Shown here: positions 49,402 through 62,255 of the stretch, in pieces | How the letters are laid out: every line of letters begins with the position of its first letter | Position numbering within the stretch: position 1 is the first letter of the stretch | Assembly (NCBI GenBank): GCA_043228905.1 | Contig: JBHGNT010000010.1 | Location: forward strand, 15,004,001 to 15,068,000 | Direction of reading: 5' to 3' | DNA from: Azolla caroliniana | Taxonomy: Eukaryota > Plantae > Polypodiophyta | Length of the DNA stretch: 64,000 nt | The notes under the pieces: model-generated | What the model was told of the DNA's origin: nothing | What the model saw: only the letters and a program-made list of their open reading frames with translations | Database searches by the model: none | Position numbers and translations under genes: made by a program

Positions 49402-52329
49402 TTATGGCTCATCCAGAGATGATGGCAAGATGCGACCACAATTCTTGCAACAATCAACATTTGAGTCCCTTGATCTAAAGGTCAAGGCATCGCAATGCAA
49501 GCATCGCACCTTCTCTGTTGCACATATTGGCAACCGCCTCCTAGCTCAACTTGTGCCTCTTTGCATTTTTCCTGTGTGTGCCTTGCAAGTGTTTGGGGAG
49601 CTGCCAATAAGATCTTGTGAAATGTTGATTGATGCTCCCCTTTTTGCACCAATTGCTTGCTTACGCCCTATGGATCCACGGTCTTCTTCATTGGTTGGTT
49701 TCGGTGCACCTAGGTGATACACCAGTGTCTAACCTATTTCTTCAATGGACTCCATACATGCCAAAATTGTTGCACGGTCGAGGGATCGTAACCCTTGCCT
49801 AAGACATTGAATAGCCCCCTCAACCGTTTGTATTTTCGACTCCCATTCCTCCATTTGTGATGTTATAGGGTTTGTCTCCTCGACTGGTTCTACTTCTGTC
49901 TCCACTTCCGTCTCTGTGAAATGGTCATTGCGCATATGGGTTGCATGATCTATAAAAGGCAATGACCCACATAGATGTGGCATGTGCCTCTCAATAATCA
50001 TCTTGATGCCGAGTATATGCTTACATTTACTCGTAGGGTCTTGGCAATCACAATATGAACATTGGAGCGATACATTATACCATACATTCGGTTTTGTCAA
50101 GCTCAATATTTTAAACCAATATCGGAGCTCATCCACAATATGCATTGTCGCATCATTAGTTTCATACCTCTCTAGTAGCCTTTCGGCCTCTTTAAGTCTT
50201 GTTGTTTGATCCCTACAATTTGCACGTGGTGCAAATCTACCACTCTCACATATTTCTTGTCGTTGCTTGTACCATTCAAAAACAGTACCCCCGATGCAAG
50301 TGCTAGTTTGACTATCCCCGATTAAAACATGCACAAGATCGGTAATTGATCGGTTTATCCTCCCTCTTAAGGCAGTATATTTGATAAACTGCCAATGTCT
50401 CTCCACGAGATTGGTAGTGTCAACATGTCCGTAGTTGAACATTCTACCAAATTTGGGCCACAGTTTCCTCCACACACATGTCAAGCCACACCATCCTCCT
50501 TCTATATATTGCCAAACACCTGGCTTGTTTGCATATTCTACCTTTAACTCCTCACATTGGGCATTGAATGTGGATTCCGTAATGCATTGCATGAGTTGGC
50601 ACATCCGATTATAAAGATGGTTTCTCTTAGTTGCACTTACCTTTGGCAACAAATTGTCCAACCATGCTTTTTTTGCGTGGAAGTGACACAACAAAAGTCG
50701 ACAATGTGTTTGCGACCTTTGCCCATTTGTAACTATCCAAGATAATCGGTCTGTTGCAATCACATTACTTATGGCATTATATGATGTCCAACTTTTATCG
50801 ATGACTATGGCATTTGGCCTCACATTGGGCATCCGAGCAAATATGACTCTCAAGCAAGTTTCTAAAGCTACTTGCTCATGGTTAGACCCCTTATCAGAAC
50901 TACATATCATGTACCATAATGGGATACCAACTCCCATGGCATTTGGGGCCACAGCTGCATATAATGGCAAGCCAAATTGGTTTGTTTTAAACGTGGAGTC
51001 GATTGCCCAAGAGTTGTTTATTGACAATCGCTCACACATCTCTAACATCCATTCATCTTGGAGCACCAAGATGAACGGTTGCCTTGCGGGAGATCCATAT
51101 TCACCAGGCAAGTAGGGTTGGACATGAGCCACCTTCCCAAGATCTCAGAGGGCATAGGCATCTTGCATCGTCAAAGACCAATCAACCCCTGACATGGCAC
51201 TCCCAATTTTTAACTTGTTGGCCATGTTATTGACCTCCTTTGGTATCATAAAGAACCTACAACTCACAAGGTCTAATGGACTAGCCTTGGACTTATGATA
51301 TGCTTCCTTACGCATGCTCATTCGTGCCACATGTCGTGCGCAACCAACATCAAAAAGGTCATCTCTACAACAACTTATAACATTTGGGGCCACTGGCAAA
51401 TAGTACGCATCTGGTCTACTTCCCGGTACATGACCCGTATGAGGTTCATATATTGAAACGGTCACTATCCCATGGTCAACCCCGCCATTCATTCGAGCGT
51501 TCACATGAAAAGTACACCCACATCAAGATGAATGCTTTCTACGTCGAGTGCATGGATATTGCTTGTTGGCCACACCGCATCGGTGACAATTATACCTAGT
51601 CACATGTGCACCCCTTGTGATCCCTGTACGGAAGCGTGTGTGATACCTCAATTGAACATCTATGAGCGTATCATCAACCCTATGTGCCTCTATCTTGATC
51701 ACTTCTATGGGTCTAGACTTTTTATATTTCACGACACTTGTCCCCTCCATGTCAGATGGAGTTAACCTCGACACAACTTGACAACCACATTGGTCAATCA
51801 CTGCTTTCACATACGCACTAGGGATCCCATGGTCACGAAGGTCATTGGACCAAAGTCTCTTTAACTCTGACAGAGTACTTGTCAAAGAACGGTGCGATGC
51901 GCCACAATGTGACGCCAATACTATCTCCCTCCATTTGTCTACGTGCGTAATCTGAAGATGAGGCGATGCCTTAAGGTGTATTGCATTCTCATTTCTAAGT
52001 GTGAGACGACTCTTCATGCGCCTCCATGCATGTAAATTAAGAGGTGCACCCCTTGCGAGTGTGCTTAATATTTCAAATGTTACCTTAACTTGACCCAATA
52101 AATCTTTAAGCATTAAATCGTACATACCTCTAGTGAACGCAAAATACCTCGCCGAACAATACATGAAGGGATCAACCTCCCCCACCTCTTCTTCAGATGA
52201 AGCTGCCGACTCATAGTCTTCGGATGTAGACGAATCCAAGTCTTCATCGATGGTTGCGGAGTATGGTGATGCATAACCATCCTCAGAATCATACAAGGAC
52301 GTGATGAAATCTATTTCATTTTGATTCAT
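49402..52329 (-). pseudogene. MULE transposase (~975 codons in one frame, four premature stops)
   Basis: YNCHRCG...CGCTF...HTGH zinc finger; WAIDSTFKTN, VIDK, LCHFH, TTNLVER; SWIM CDC..CKH; C-terminal CxxC...CxxC. Confidence 0.9.
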
Positions 52330-52335
52330 CTCAAC

Positions 52336-52745
52336 AACTTGGTTTTCTTGTAGTGATTAATCAGAGGTAATTTAAGCTAGAGAATGTGATAAAGTAAATT
52401 TGATTAAGACAGAGATTATGATTAAGATAGAGATGGCGATTATAAGAATCTGATTAATTGAACCTGATTAAGCTAGAGAATGTGATTAAGTGAATTTGAT
52501 TAAGACAGAGATTATGATTAAGATAGAGACGGTGATTATAAGAATCTGATTAAGCTAGAGAATGTAATTAATTGAACCTAATTAAGATAGAGAATGGGAT
52601 TATAAGAATGTGATTAAGATAGAGAATGTGATTATAAGAACGTGATTAAGGTAGAGAATGTGATTATAAGAACTTGATTAAGATAGAGAATGTGATTAAT
52701 TGCTTCGGATTAAGATAGAGAATGTGATTAATTGAATCTGATCTT
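52336..52745. repeat. Tandem array of GATTAAGATAGAGAATGT/GATTATAAGAAT units upstream of the transposase
   Basis: Many GATTA-containing 12-18-bp units. Confidence 0.9.
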
Positions 52746-52867
52746 AAAAGGTAATTAACTGGAGATGGAATCAACTCTTATTAAAATGACGGTGAAGGGT
52801 TTAATATGACTTAAAATGTGATTAATTTACATGTTAATATGACCGTTTTTTTGGCCGTTTAGGTAAC

Positions 52868-53112
52868 AGGTTGGGCGACCTGGATTATGAGGTTTGGGCA
52901 ACCTGGTTGGGTGATCATATCAACATAGAATAAATTTTAAGAGGTTTGGGCAACCTAGTTCGGTTACGATATTAAAAGAGAATTAATTGTAAGAGGTTTG
53001 GGCAACCTGGTTGGGTGACCATATCAAAAGAGAATTAATTTTAAGAGGTTTGGGCAACCTGGTTGGGTGACCATATCAAAAGAGAATTAATTTAAAGATG
53101 TTTGGGCAACTT
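52868..53112. repeat. About four ~52-bp tandem repeats containing TTGGGCAACC/GTTGGGTGACC
   Basis: GAGGTTTGGGCAACCTGGTTGGGTGACCATATCAAAAGAGAATTAATTTTAA repeated. Confidence 0.9.
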
Positions 53113-53632
53113 GGTTTCTCCGTTGAATGAAAAATCGTAGTTCATTAAAGAAATAAAAAAAAGTCATTTTTTTAGACATACGCGAGGAAGGTTCTAGGAA
53201 CGTTGCTAAAGTCAATTGAAAGTCTTTTAGGAACTAGGAGTTGTGTGAAATTAGAATTTACTAATAAGATAGAGAAAGGATTAAGTAGATGATTGGTTAA
53301 AACGTCAAATCTATTGGAGATCACAACTTGAGAAACTTTTAAAACAGCAAATCAACTTTAGATCACAACTTAGATTGGTTGAAAACAACAAATCACCTTT
53401 AGATCACAACTTGTGATTGGTTTAAAACAACAAATCAACTTGAGATAAACACTTGTTGTAAACAACATTTCCATTAATAAGTAATCGCGATATACAATGA
53501 GTCGATTCTCGCTATACAAAATTTGTGTGGATTCCAAAATATAGTTATAACATCAACTCTATAGCAAAATTTGTGCTGAAAACAACATTCACAAAATTTA
53601 CAATATGGAGCCACCGGTCGCAGGTGCAAATC

Positions 53633-54560
53633 CTAGTACCCTTCGTGCCCACTCGTCCATATGATTCCGAAGTGAATCCACTTCGTGTTTGGTGAACCAC
53701 ATCTCTGTGCCCTGTCACCAAATATGTATAAGAACACATCTATACACAATCCACATGAATAAGGCATTGCAATTACACTTACAAAAGTCGGAGATATCCA
53801 TCCTTGTAAGAACTCCCCCACCAACATTTGGATAGTCTTCATGACGTAAAAGCCACAATCCCAACAATTTGGCTGAGTTGGGATGTGCAATACGTGATGT
53901 TGACCCTCGGGCACAATGCTGTGGTCTAACGGTTCAGATGAAATTTCCCGAATCGCCAACTTTGCCATTCTCCGCACGTTGTCAGTCGCTACGTTGTTCA
54001 ATGGATCACAGAAGACTACTTTGCTAATTAGCTTAGAAACTTTCTGTCGCATCTTCGTCCACAACACCCAATGCCCGTCAAGCACGATCGGAATGAACAT
54101 ATAATCACATTCAGCCACCTTCCTAAGGATGGCTTGCCCCTTCATCGTCTGTTGGTGTAGCGTCACCCACAGTGGGTCGACGACGGTGAAGCGTTCTGTC
54201 ACCTCGAGTGGCAACGAATACTCCATCCACAACGTGAATAAGGTCATAGTCCACGTCGATCTGAGGCGTATGTGTTTGATCCATTCTGTCCCCAGGCGTA
54301 TGTGTTGCCATGGCCTGTATGGGCTCGATATGAGGCGTATGTGTTTGATCCATTCTGTCCCCACTCGTACACATGTCGGCTGACAAACTTCGCCAATGTC
54401 TTCTAACGAAGACCCTTTAACAAATCACGAGTCAACATACATGCATCAAACCCTAAACCAATATTAGGGGAGATTGGTTCGTGACATACCTCTCTTGAGT
54501 TGGATATATGTCACTGTTATCGAAATCCCACCAATCTTTGTACTTGGACTTGGAAGCCAT
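53633..54560 (-). CDS. Ulp1-family (C48) SUMO-protease-like gene within the MULE; probably spliced, integrity uncertain
   Basis: FIPIVLDGHW...FCDPL...PTQPNCWDCGFYV gives the H-D-C triad and oxyanion Q; candidate ATG at 54560 and intron 54489-54415; internal duplication 54262-54363. Confidence 0.8.
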
Positions 54561-56470
54561 CTACCACCATTCAAGTAGTCAAACATTTTTTGAATTTAAT
54601 ACTCAAACACACACAATATTAAGTTTAAGCAAGCAAATCATTAAACCCAAAACCCAAAACCCAAAACCCTAATCCCTCACTTCCAAATCTCCCCATATGT
54701 TATATCCTACTTATCATGTTGCGATAATTAGATTAAGCAGGAATGAGACTCAAATCCCAATGTCTAAGTTGTAAGAATTGATTGTTTAAATTGATTGTTT
54801 CAACCTCATATTTAATCAAGAGACATGAAGTTTTGGGGACTTAAGGGAGATGTGAGTTCTTAGAATGCCAAAGCTTGTTAAGTACCTACCATTTAGGAAA
54901 AGAAACACAAAGACATTGACACTAGAATGCATAGGAAGCTCAAAAGGAACATTAGAAAAAGGGAAATAGAATAAATCTCACCCAAAACTAGAATGTAGAT
55001 GGCTTTTGTAATGTTGGTAGCCCAACCCCATCGTATAGAAGTCCATTGGTTGATTAATATTGGTTGATTAAGAAGAAGAAATGAAGATGAAGATGTGTTG
55101 CAGTGAATGTGGTTGATGTGACCTCTAAGAAAAAAAGATGAGGATGGAACAATGGCAATGCTTTAGTGCCATTGTTACACATTATTGATGACTAAAAAAA
55201 TGAAAAATCAATGCCATTCTGAATCAACCAAGGATTGAGACAATTTAAACATGGCATAGAGCTGTCTCTGGGGATTGACAATAAAAGAGAGTTAATTGAA
55301 TCAAAGCCAGAGTCTCTGGTGTTGGTAAACTAGAGAGAGTACAAGATTAAAGAAGTAAGAAGGTTTATGAAGAGGGGGTAAGGCTATTGATGATGGTATG
55401 GAACCATGATTATGATGATGAGTGAATGTGTAATTGATAGAACATAAGATAGTTTTCCTTTCGTTATGTAGAGGTTGCTTGCATGCCGCTTAGCAAAAAG
55501 TGTTACACATTCTCGAAGAAGATTAAAAAAATGTGGTAATTGATGTGGATGATCTTAGGGGGAAGATTGAAATACCCCTTTTTGAATCAATCAAACCAAG
55601 GATTGAGACAATTCAAATGCAGCTTCATGATTATTATTACTATTTTTTCCATTTGTTTTGGGGGGATAATAGTGATGGCATATCCATCTTTTGTACCTAA
55701 ACTATGCAGTTAAAAGACTCAGGATGCAATATCGAATACTGCTACCTTATTCAATGCATAGATTTCATGTCTGAGGTAGAGCCTTCTACATGATTTTAGT
55801 AATGAATCCTTATCCTTGTAATCCCTCAACAAGAAACAAAATCCCTCAACTACTCCAAACCCTAATCCCTCAACTATTCCTACCACATGTAAAAAAAACA
55901 GAAAAAGTGATGTGATAGGGTTTAGTACATACCTGGGAATAGTGATGGAGGAGATTGATTGTTGTGTATGTTGATTGCAGGTCGCCTAACGCCCAACTCT
56001 TTCCCGGCAAAAGAAACCTGTCAATCTCGTTTGAAAAAATGAGAGATAATGACAAGTTTTAGGCTTTTATAGTCATCGGTTGGGCGACCTACATCTTTTA
56101 TTGGGTTGGTTGGGGGACCAACTCAATATAAACCCTAAAGCAATTGGGCAACCTGCTTAAAATGGTCACCCAACCGCTTTAAAAATAAACGGTTGGGCGA
56201 CCTGCATCTTTTATTGAGTTGGTTGGGTGACCAACTCAATATAAGCCCTAAAGCAGTTGGGCAACCTGCTTAAACTGGTCACCCAACGGTTGGGCTACCT
56301 CTGACAAGGTTGGGCGACCTCTGCACAACTTTATTTTTCACGCCTTCTTCATTATCGAAATTCGACGATGCAGATTGCACGCGCCTTCTCTGAGCAACCT
56401 GCACCGTCTGTGGCCACGATTCCCTCACCAGCCCTCTTTATGATTTGTGTCATAATAGACACGTCGGAGC

Positions 56471-56592
56471 GTATGTATGTATGTATGTGTGTGTGCGTGT
56501 GTGTGTGTATGTATGTATGTATGTATGTATGTATGTATGTATGTATGTATGTATGTATGTATGCACGAATCTCTGGAGTCAGTATGTATGTA
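56471..56592. repeat. (GTAT)n/(GT)n microsatellite; the same motif is at 48669-48706
   Basis: Read directly from the sequence. Confidence 0.98.
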
Positions 56593-56693
56593 TTTGCTCT
56601 GTCTCCTTCTCAAGAAGAGTCTGTCACTCCCGCAGAGACACAGCGAGAGACAGAGACAGAGACAGACAGAGAGACAGAGGGAGAGGATGAGAG

Positions 56694-59600
56694 ATGGAGA
56701 TCTCAAGCTCTCTCAGAGATTTCTGCCCTCTGCATGCCTCCCAGATGCAGTACCTTCTCAATCGTCTTCCGATTAAGGTTCTATATATAAAAAAACCTTC
56801 CTTCTTTTGTTTTCGTCCCCCGTCATCTTCATATTCATCGTCATTGTCGTCATATTCATCCTCCTTTCTTCCTCTCACCTTTTCTGGTTTATTTGCGCAT
56901 AAATAGGTTGCCGATGTCAAGAAAGGATTTCCTGGTGCAAATTATGCAGATCGCTTCTCCCTCTTTGTTCCTTTCTGTCTTGATCACATCAAATGTACGC
57001 GTGTTATTTCCTCCTGCGTGATAAATAAATGAATGAAATTGTGGTCTATTTCCTGTAGTTTTGTTAGATTTTGCGATTTTTTTCGCTCTCGTTTACTTTT
57101 AATTATCAAATTATATATGCATCCCCCCTCCATGTGCAGAGTAAATTAAGTATATTTCATGTAGTTTTCTTTGGTCTTCTGTTCCTCAACCGCGTTTAAA
57201 ATTTTTCTAATTTGAACTTTATTTTGTTTGAATATTCTTGGTCGTTGAAAACGTTTTATGCTCTCGTCATCTAATAAATGTATGAATAGAATATGTGGTC
57301 TATTTTATGAAATGTTGTTATTTTAGATTGTTTCCTTCTCTGATATATTTGTAATCCATTTCAAGGATCAGTAAATGATGGAAATGTTGTGTATTCCATT
57401 AAATGCAGCTATGTTTTTTTAGAGAATTTTTTCTTTTCTTTTATTTTGGCTGTATTGATTGTATATAGTTTATATACGAATCTTCCATTGCTAAATGTGA
57501 ACAGGACTTCTGTCTATTTTATGAAGCTATAATAGGCTTTCATTCGCTAAATTAACTATTTGAATGATTCTATGTTTCTTCATTGGCTAAATCAATGGAT
57601 GTGAACCGTGGTCTCTTTCATGTAGTTCTGTTAGATTTTGCTCTTATTTTTATTTGTTTGAAGGTTTGCTTTTTTCTTGCTCCATTTGAACCAGGGGATA
57701 TTATCTTCAACGGTGAGTATCCTAGGCATGCTCCTGATGTTATATTTCCAGTGGAAGATGAGAAATTTCTGGCAGCTTTGGTTGGAGATAATAGCCAAGC
57801 GTGTTCAAATGTGGCATGGAACATCTTGAGAGATTGGAATGTGAAAGATGAAAGCAAGCTTTTCCAATTAGTATCTGAAATAAGGTAAAATGCTTATTCT
57901 CCTGAAAAACATATTATGAACTAACATTTGATAATACAATGGTGGATGTTAATAAAATGCAGATTTTAATATAACCTGAATTTTACAAGCCTTGATAAGA
58001 ATCCAGGCAGGGGGATAAAAATTTACGATTCTAAAACTTGTGGACTTAACTGAAATTTGCAAGTTCACATAAGACTCTAGGTTAAGAGGGAAAAAGAAAT
58101 AGTAAGATGATAATGGATGATGGCAGATGTTTGAATATAAGCTTAAGTTTATGAGTTTGGAAATGGTTGTGAGGCAAGATGCTGAAAGTTTGAATATAAG
58201 CTGAAGCTTGTGAGTTTGGAAATGGTTCTAGGGTAAGACAGGAGCATTGTCATAGAAAGATGATAGTGCGTCATTATATATATATAGATAGATAGATAGT
58301 TAGATAGTTAGATAGATTCATGCAAGTCTATTTGCATGTATGTATGAACAATCTATAGATAGGTATATGAACATGTAGATATGCCAAAATTTTACACCTT
58401 GATATGAATATATATGTGATAAGGATGTGAGAGTGAAAAAATTAAATTTGAGTCGTTGAAACTTTGACACGCCTTGGCAAAATTAAGGAAAGTTTAGCAA
58501 AAATGGTTTTGTAATGTGTCAGAGTTGAAGTCTTATGGATATATATATATCATTATTTTAGGGGTACCTTTTCATGGATGCTGATATGTATTAACCGATA
58601 GAGTTATTGAAGCTTTTTTGTTCATGTAATTTATATGGATGTTGAAAATTGATATGTGAACCTTCACTTACACTTGGGAATGTGATAGAATATAGTCAAA
58701 TTTATGAGAGGTTGGTTTCTTTGACACTGATAGATTAACTGTGGTTTGAATTGATGTACTCGATTCTAGTTGTACAAGAAGCTGACCTATGTATCTTTAC
58801 ATTTGCCCGCCATTCTTTTGTTTTCTTATGGGTTTGATTTAAGATTTTCTAATTTATATGGTTTAGTGTCACAAAATTTTTATGCTATTGTTGATATCTC
58901 AACTTTTGTCAATAGGTCATTGTACTTGCAATATCAACGCAAACTCGTTGAACAAGTTGATGATGAAAGAGTGCGGTTTGAAGTTGGAACAATAAGCGAT
59001 TTTGAGGTTTGTTGCTTGTTCCATTGCATTATCATAATGGTAAAGCAGATATTTTCTGTTAATTACTGATCTAATCTCTTCTGCAGGGTCTGGAGATGTG
59101 TTTGGTCAACATAGCTGACAAGGTTAATCATGTGGATGGTAGCTCTTCCATGTTTTATATGTAATAAGTTTCTTGATTATTTGCGGCTTATTCCTTTTTG
59201 TAAATCTTGTTGTCGCCTGGTACAATATCTCAGACACAGGAGGTCGTATTTGCTGTTTCTGTCCTTAGAACAGATTGTGACCTTGAGACATCTAAGCATC
59301 AAGCTGTGATTAAGCTAAAAGTGAGGGATTTCTTCGCATAATAGAATATAAAGACTCTAGTAGTTGAAGTAAAGCATGCACTGACTCTAATCAATGGGAT
59401 TGCAGGTTATCTTTCCTGTGAGGAAAGGGCATTCATGGAACCCCACAACCCCATCATTGAAGCTGTTTGCTCCTGGTTTGACAAAAGAATTGTTTGACGT
59501 TGATGATGTTAAGTTACCTGTCTGGCCAGAAAGAATGTGGGTTTCACTCTTATGCAATCAAATGTACTATTGCATTGTAGGTGAAAACATTCAGCATCTT

Positions 59601-62255
59601 AGAGGTGATGACAATCATTGTGATAACCTTGACTAAGATGAAGCAAGAAACTAGAAAAGTAAGAAACCAAGAAACAAAATGGCCTATGAGACAATGTGTA
59701 AGAGTACATCAGAGAATTTTATCTCATCTCAGGGAACCAACAAATCCAAATAAATATAAATATAGATCAATTAGAACTGCTTGATATTACCTGGATGAAA
59801 GGGTAGCCTTGAGAAAAATGTAGATACTCCCAGAAACCAAAATGGCCTATGAGACAATGTGTAAAAGTACATCAGAGAATTTTATCTCATCTCAGGGAAC
59901 CAACAAATCCAAATGAATATAAATATAGATAAATTAGAACTGCTTGATATTACCTGGATGAAAGGGTAGCCTTGAGAAAAATGTAGATACTTCCATTAGC
60001 TAAGCATATAACATTATGAGCGTAGAGAGTTTTTGATTTTGTGAATGTAAACTGAGTCCCACTCAAAAAAGTATTCCTGATATTCTAACTGCCTGATATT
60101 ACATGGATACTAGGGTAGCCTTAAAAAAAATGTAGAGCATACACCATTGTGAACTTAGAGAGGTTTTGATTTTGTGAAGGTAAACTGAGTCCTCTCATAA
60201 AGTATCCCGGGTATGGTGCAGGTGTATAGCTGAGTATATACCAACATTGCAGGAAACTCTAAAAAAACAGGTGAATTTCTGTGTTTTTTGAAAAGCAATG
60301 GAAATAGAGAGTAGTAAACAATGCAACAGATGGGGCATATGATTGCATAACAATTTCATTTAAAGAAATTTTTTCTATCTGGTAATAAGCATTAAAAGAC
60401 AGTGATTATTATGACAGATGAACGAGGCCTTCGCGTCCATCACTTTGCGGAAAAATTTCATAGAACGTTTAGCCATCTTTTTCGGATGGCCTCTCGAGGC
60501 AGATATTGTAAGTGTGACCTTTTCTGCTTCAAATAATTAGATTGACATATTTGTGCTCTGCATGAAATGAAGCTCTTCTTTGCTGTAATTCTGAAGGATT
60601 TTTGTATAGATAATATAGAGCTATGTTTTTTAAAAATAAACAAGATAGTACTTTTTTGGATGAACAAAGCAGCTTCAATTTCATTCCTTAGTCCATTAGT
60701 GTGTCTATGATGAAAGGATAGGCGCCACATATTGACAAAGATCAATGCCCTTGAACCTCTCACTTGTTTAAAAGCAGTGGAGCCTCAAACATTTTCTGTT
60801 CACTCAACAACCTGAATAAGTGAACAAAAGTGCTAAGCCACTCTATTCCTTTCACAAATCATCAGAAGCTAAAGATTTCATCATTTCATAGATGTTATTG
60901 GGGGTTCAGGACTGATACTACTCTTGCTACACAACCGTGCATGTGTTTGTTTGCTTTATAGTTGGTGTGCAGTTGTCGAGGTCAGACAACATAAACCCAA
61001 AACCATATATACAAATGAACCATCTCAAGAACTGCTGTATCTTGATAATATGTGATTGAGCCTTGATTCTATTGTCTATAACAGCTGTGTACTTCTTATG
61101 CTTAGGTTTATTTGAAAACTGTTTACAGAATTTCAAATGAACTTCCAAGTCTTTCCTTGAAGAAATGCATACACATAAATGGTTTTGAACCATGAACAAG
61201 TGTGTATGTTCTCCATAATCCATCGGTCATAATGATGGCTGATCTAGTACAATAATGAAGTATTATAAATGGTTAACTGAGATGCCTAGGAAACTTATTC
61301 AGGCTGTTGAATTTGGTAACTTCATAGTGTGACGAATGTTTATTATATGACATTATTGTAACTATTTTATTTGGTAGAATTCTCTGCCTGATTATTAATC
61401 TTAGTGATCTTGTCTGCAGGCTTTTGGGAGGAAAGTCTCTATATTGACATCTTCAGGCATTTTTATTTTCTTGGTATCATCTTTGAACTGAGACACGTTA
61501 TATGCATCAGAGGATCAATTTTCTGTATTTTATAAGACATCTTTCAGTTAGATGTCTTTAAACCGAAAAGAGAACAGTTTTTTATCCATCTACTTGCAGC
61601 TAAAACAGATGATACTGCTAGTTATCTTATCGATGATACTGGTAGTCATCTTATAGATGATACAGCTGCATTGAGCAGAATAGCAGAATCTAACATTTTT
61701 TAGCTTGATCCTATCATTCGAATTTTAAAATTTATCCAAATCAAATCATTTTATAATTTCATAGTTACTGTGTTTTGTAGGTTCATTTCACACTCTTAAC
61801 TCAATTTCCTAAACAGCAGCCATCTATAGTACTTCAGAGCTGTCTTGTAAGTCCTGAATAGTCTTTACGAATATATCTTGATATATATATTGTACACATT
61901 CAAATTTGAAACAATTATTTTTCTCGACAATTATGTTTTATATTCTTCTCTCTTTTTCAGCACTTTGACAACCTTGGAAAACCAATAATGCGCTCATACA
62001 GTGATTACCCATGGAGTCCTCGATGGGATACATCTGAGATGGTGCAGCGTGTTTGGTACATAATCTTATCTTTCATTATGGTGCAGCTACACTGAACACA
62101 AATTCTGCAGTGTTGCTTATTTATTTGGAGAAATTTTCATTTATTTTCAACATACTTAACAATAAATATTGGTTTATTGCTACAGCGAGTTTATTGTTGA
62201 GGAGAGTGGGAACTTCAAGAAATATTGTACTGACACATTGCAACGACTTCGGTAG
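56694..62255 (+). CDS. BRE: BRISC and BRCA1-A complex member 2 (BRE/BRCC45), 13 exons: 56694-56777, 56907-56994, 57695-57884, 58916-59006, 59087-59122, 59234-59320, 59406-59536, 60222-60270, 60418-60507, 61420-61473, 61781-61846, 61961-62055, 62186-62255
   Basis: All introns GT-AG and phase-compatible; DRFSLFVPFCLDHIKWDIIFNGEYP..PDVIF, YQRK..QVDDERVRFE, FPKQQP and YPWSPRWD match the BRE family. Confidence 0.93.
59662..59995. repeat. ~163-bp tandem duplication in BRE intron 7, with a partial third copy near 60085-60195
   Basis: AAAATGGCCTATGAGACAATG...AAAAATGTAGATACT occurs twice. Confidence 0.9.

Larger units (their letters stand above)
48726..56466 (-). mobile_element. Mutator-like element carrying transposase and Ulp1 protease genes
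   Basis: ~180-bp TIRs (48726-48905 and 56288-56466); subterminal GGTCGCCCAAC repeats; 9-bp TSD GAGCGTATG at 48717-48725 and 56467-56475. Confidence 0.9.

Noticed and set aside
49402-52329. Stop-codon readthrough or U-to-C editing restoring the transposase
   Set aside because: Reverse editing is known from organelles; methyl-C deamination in a silenced nuclear TE is the simpler explanation
56563-56582. Excision footprint inside the microsatellite
   Set aside because: Too short and too weakly similar to the TIR to support
56368-56790. ORFs with CMYV/HTYI repeats
   Set aside because: They are translations of microsatellites
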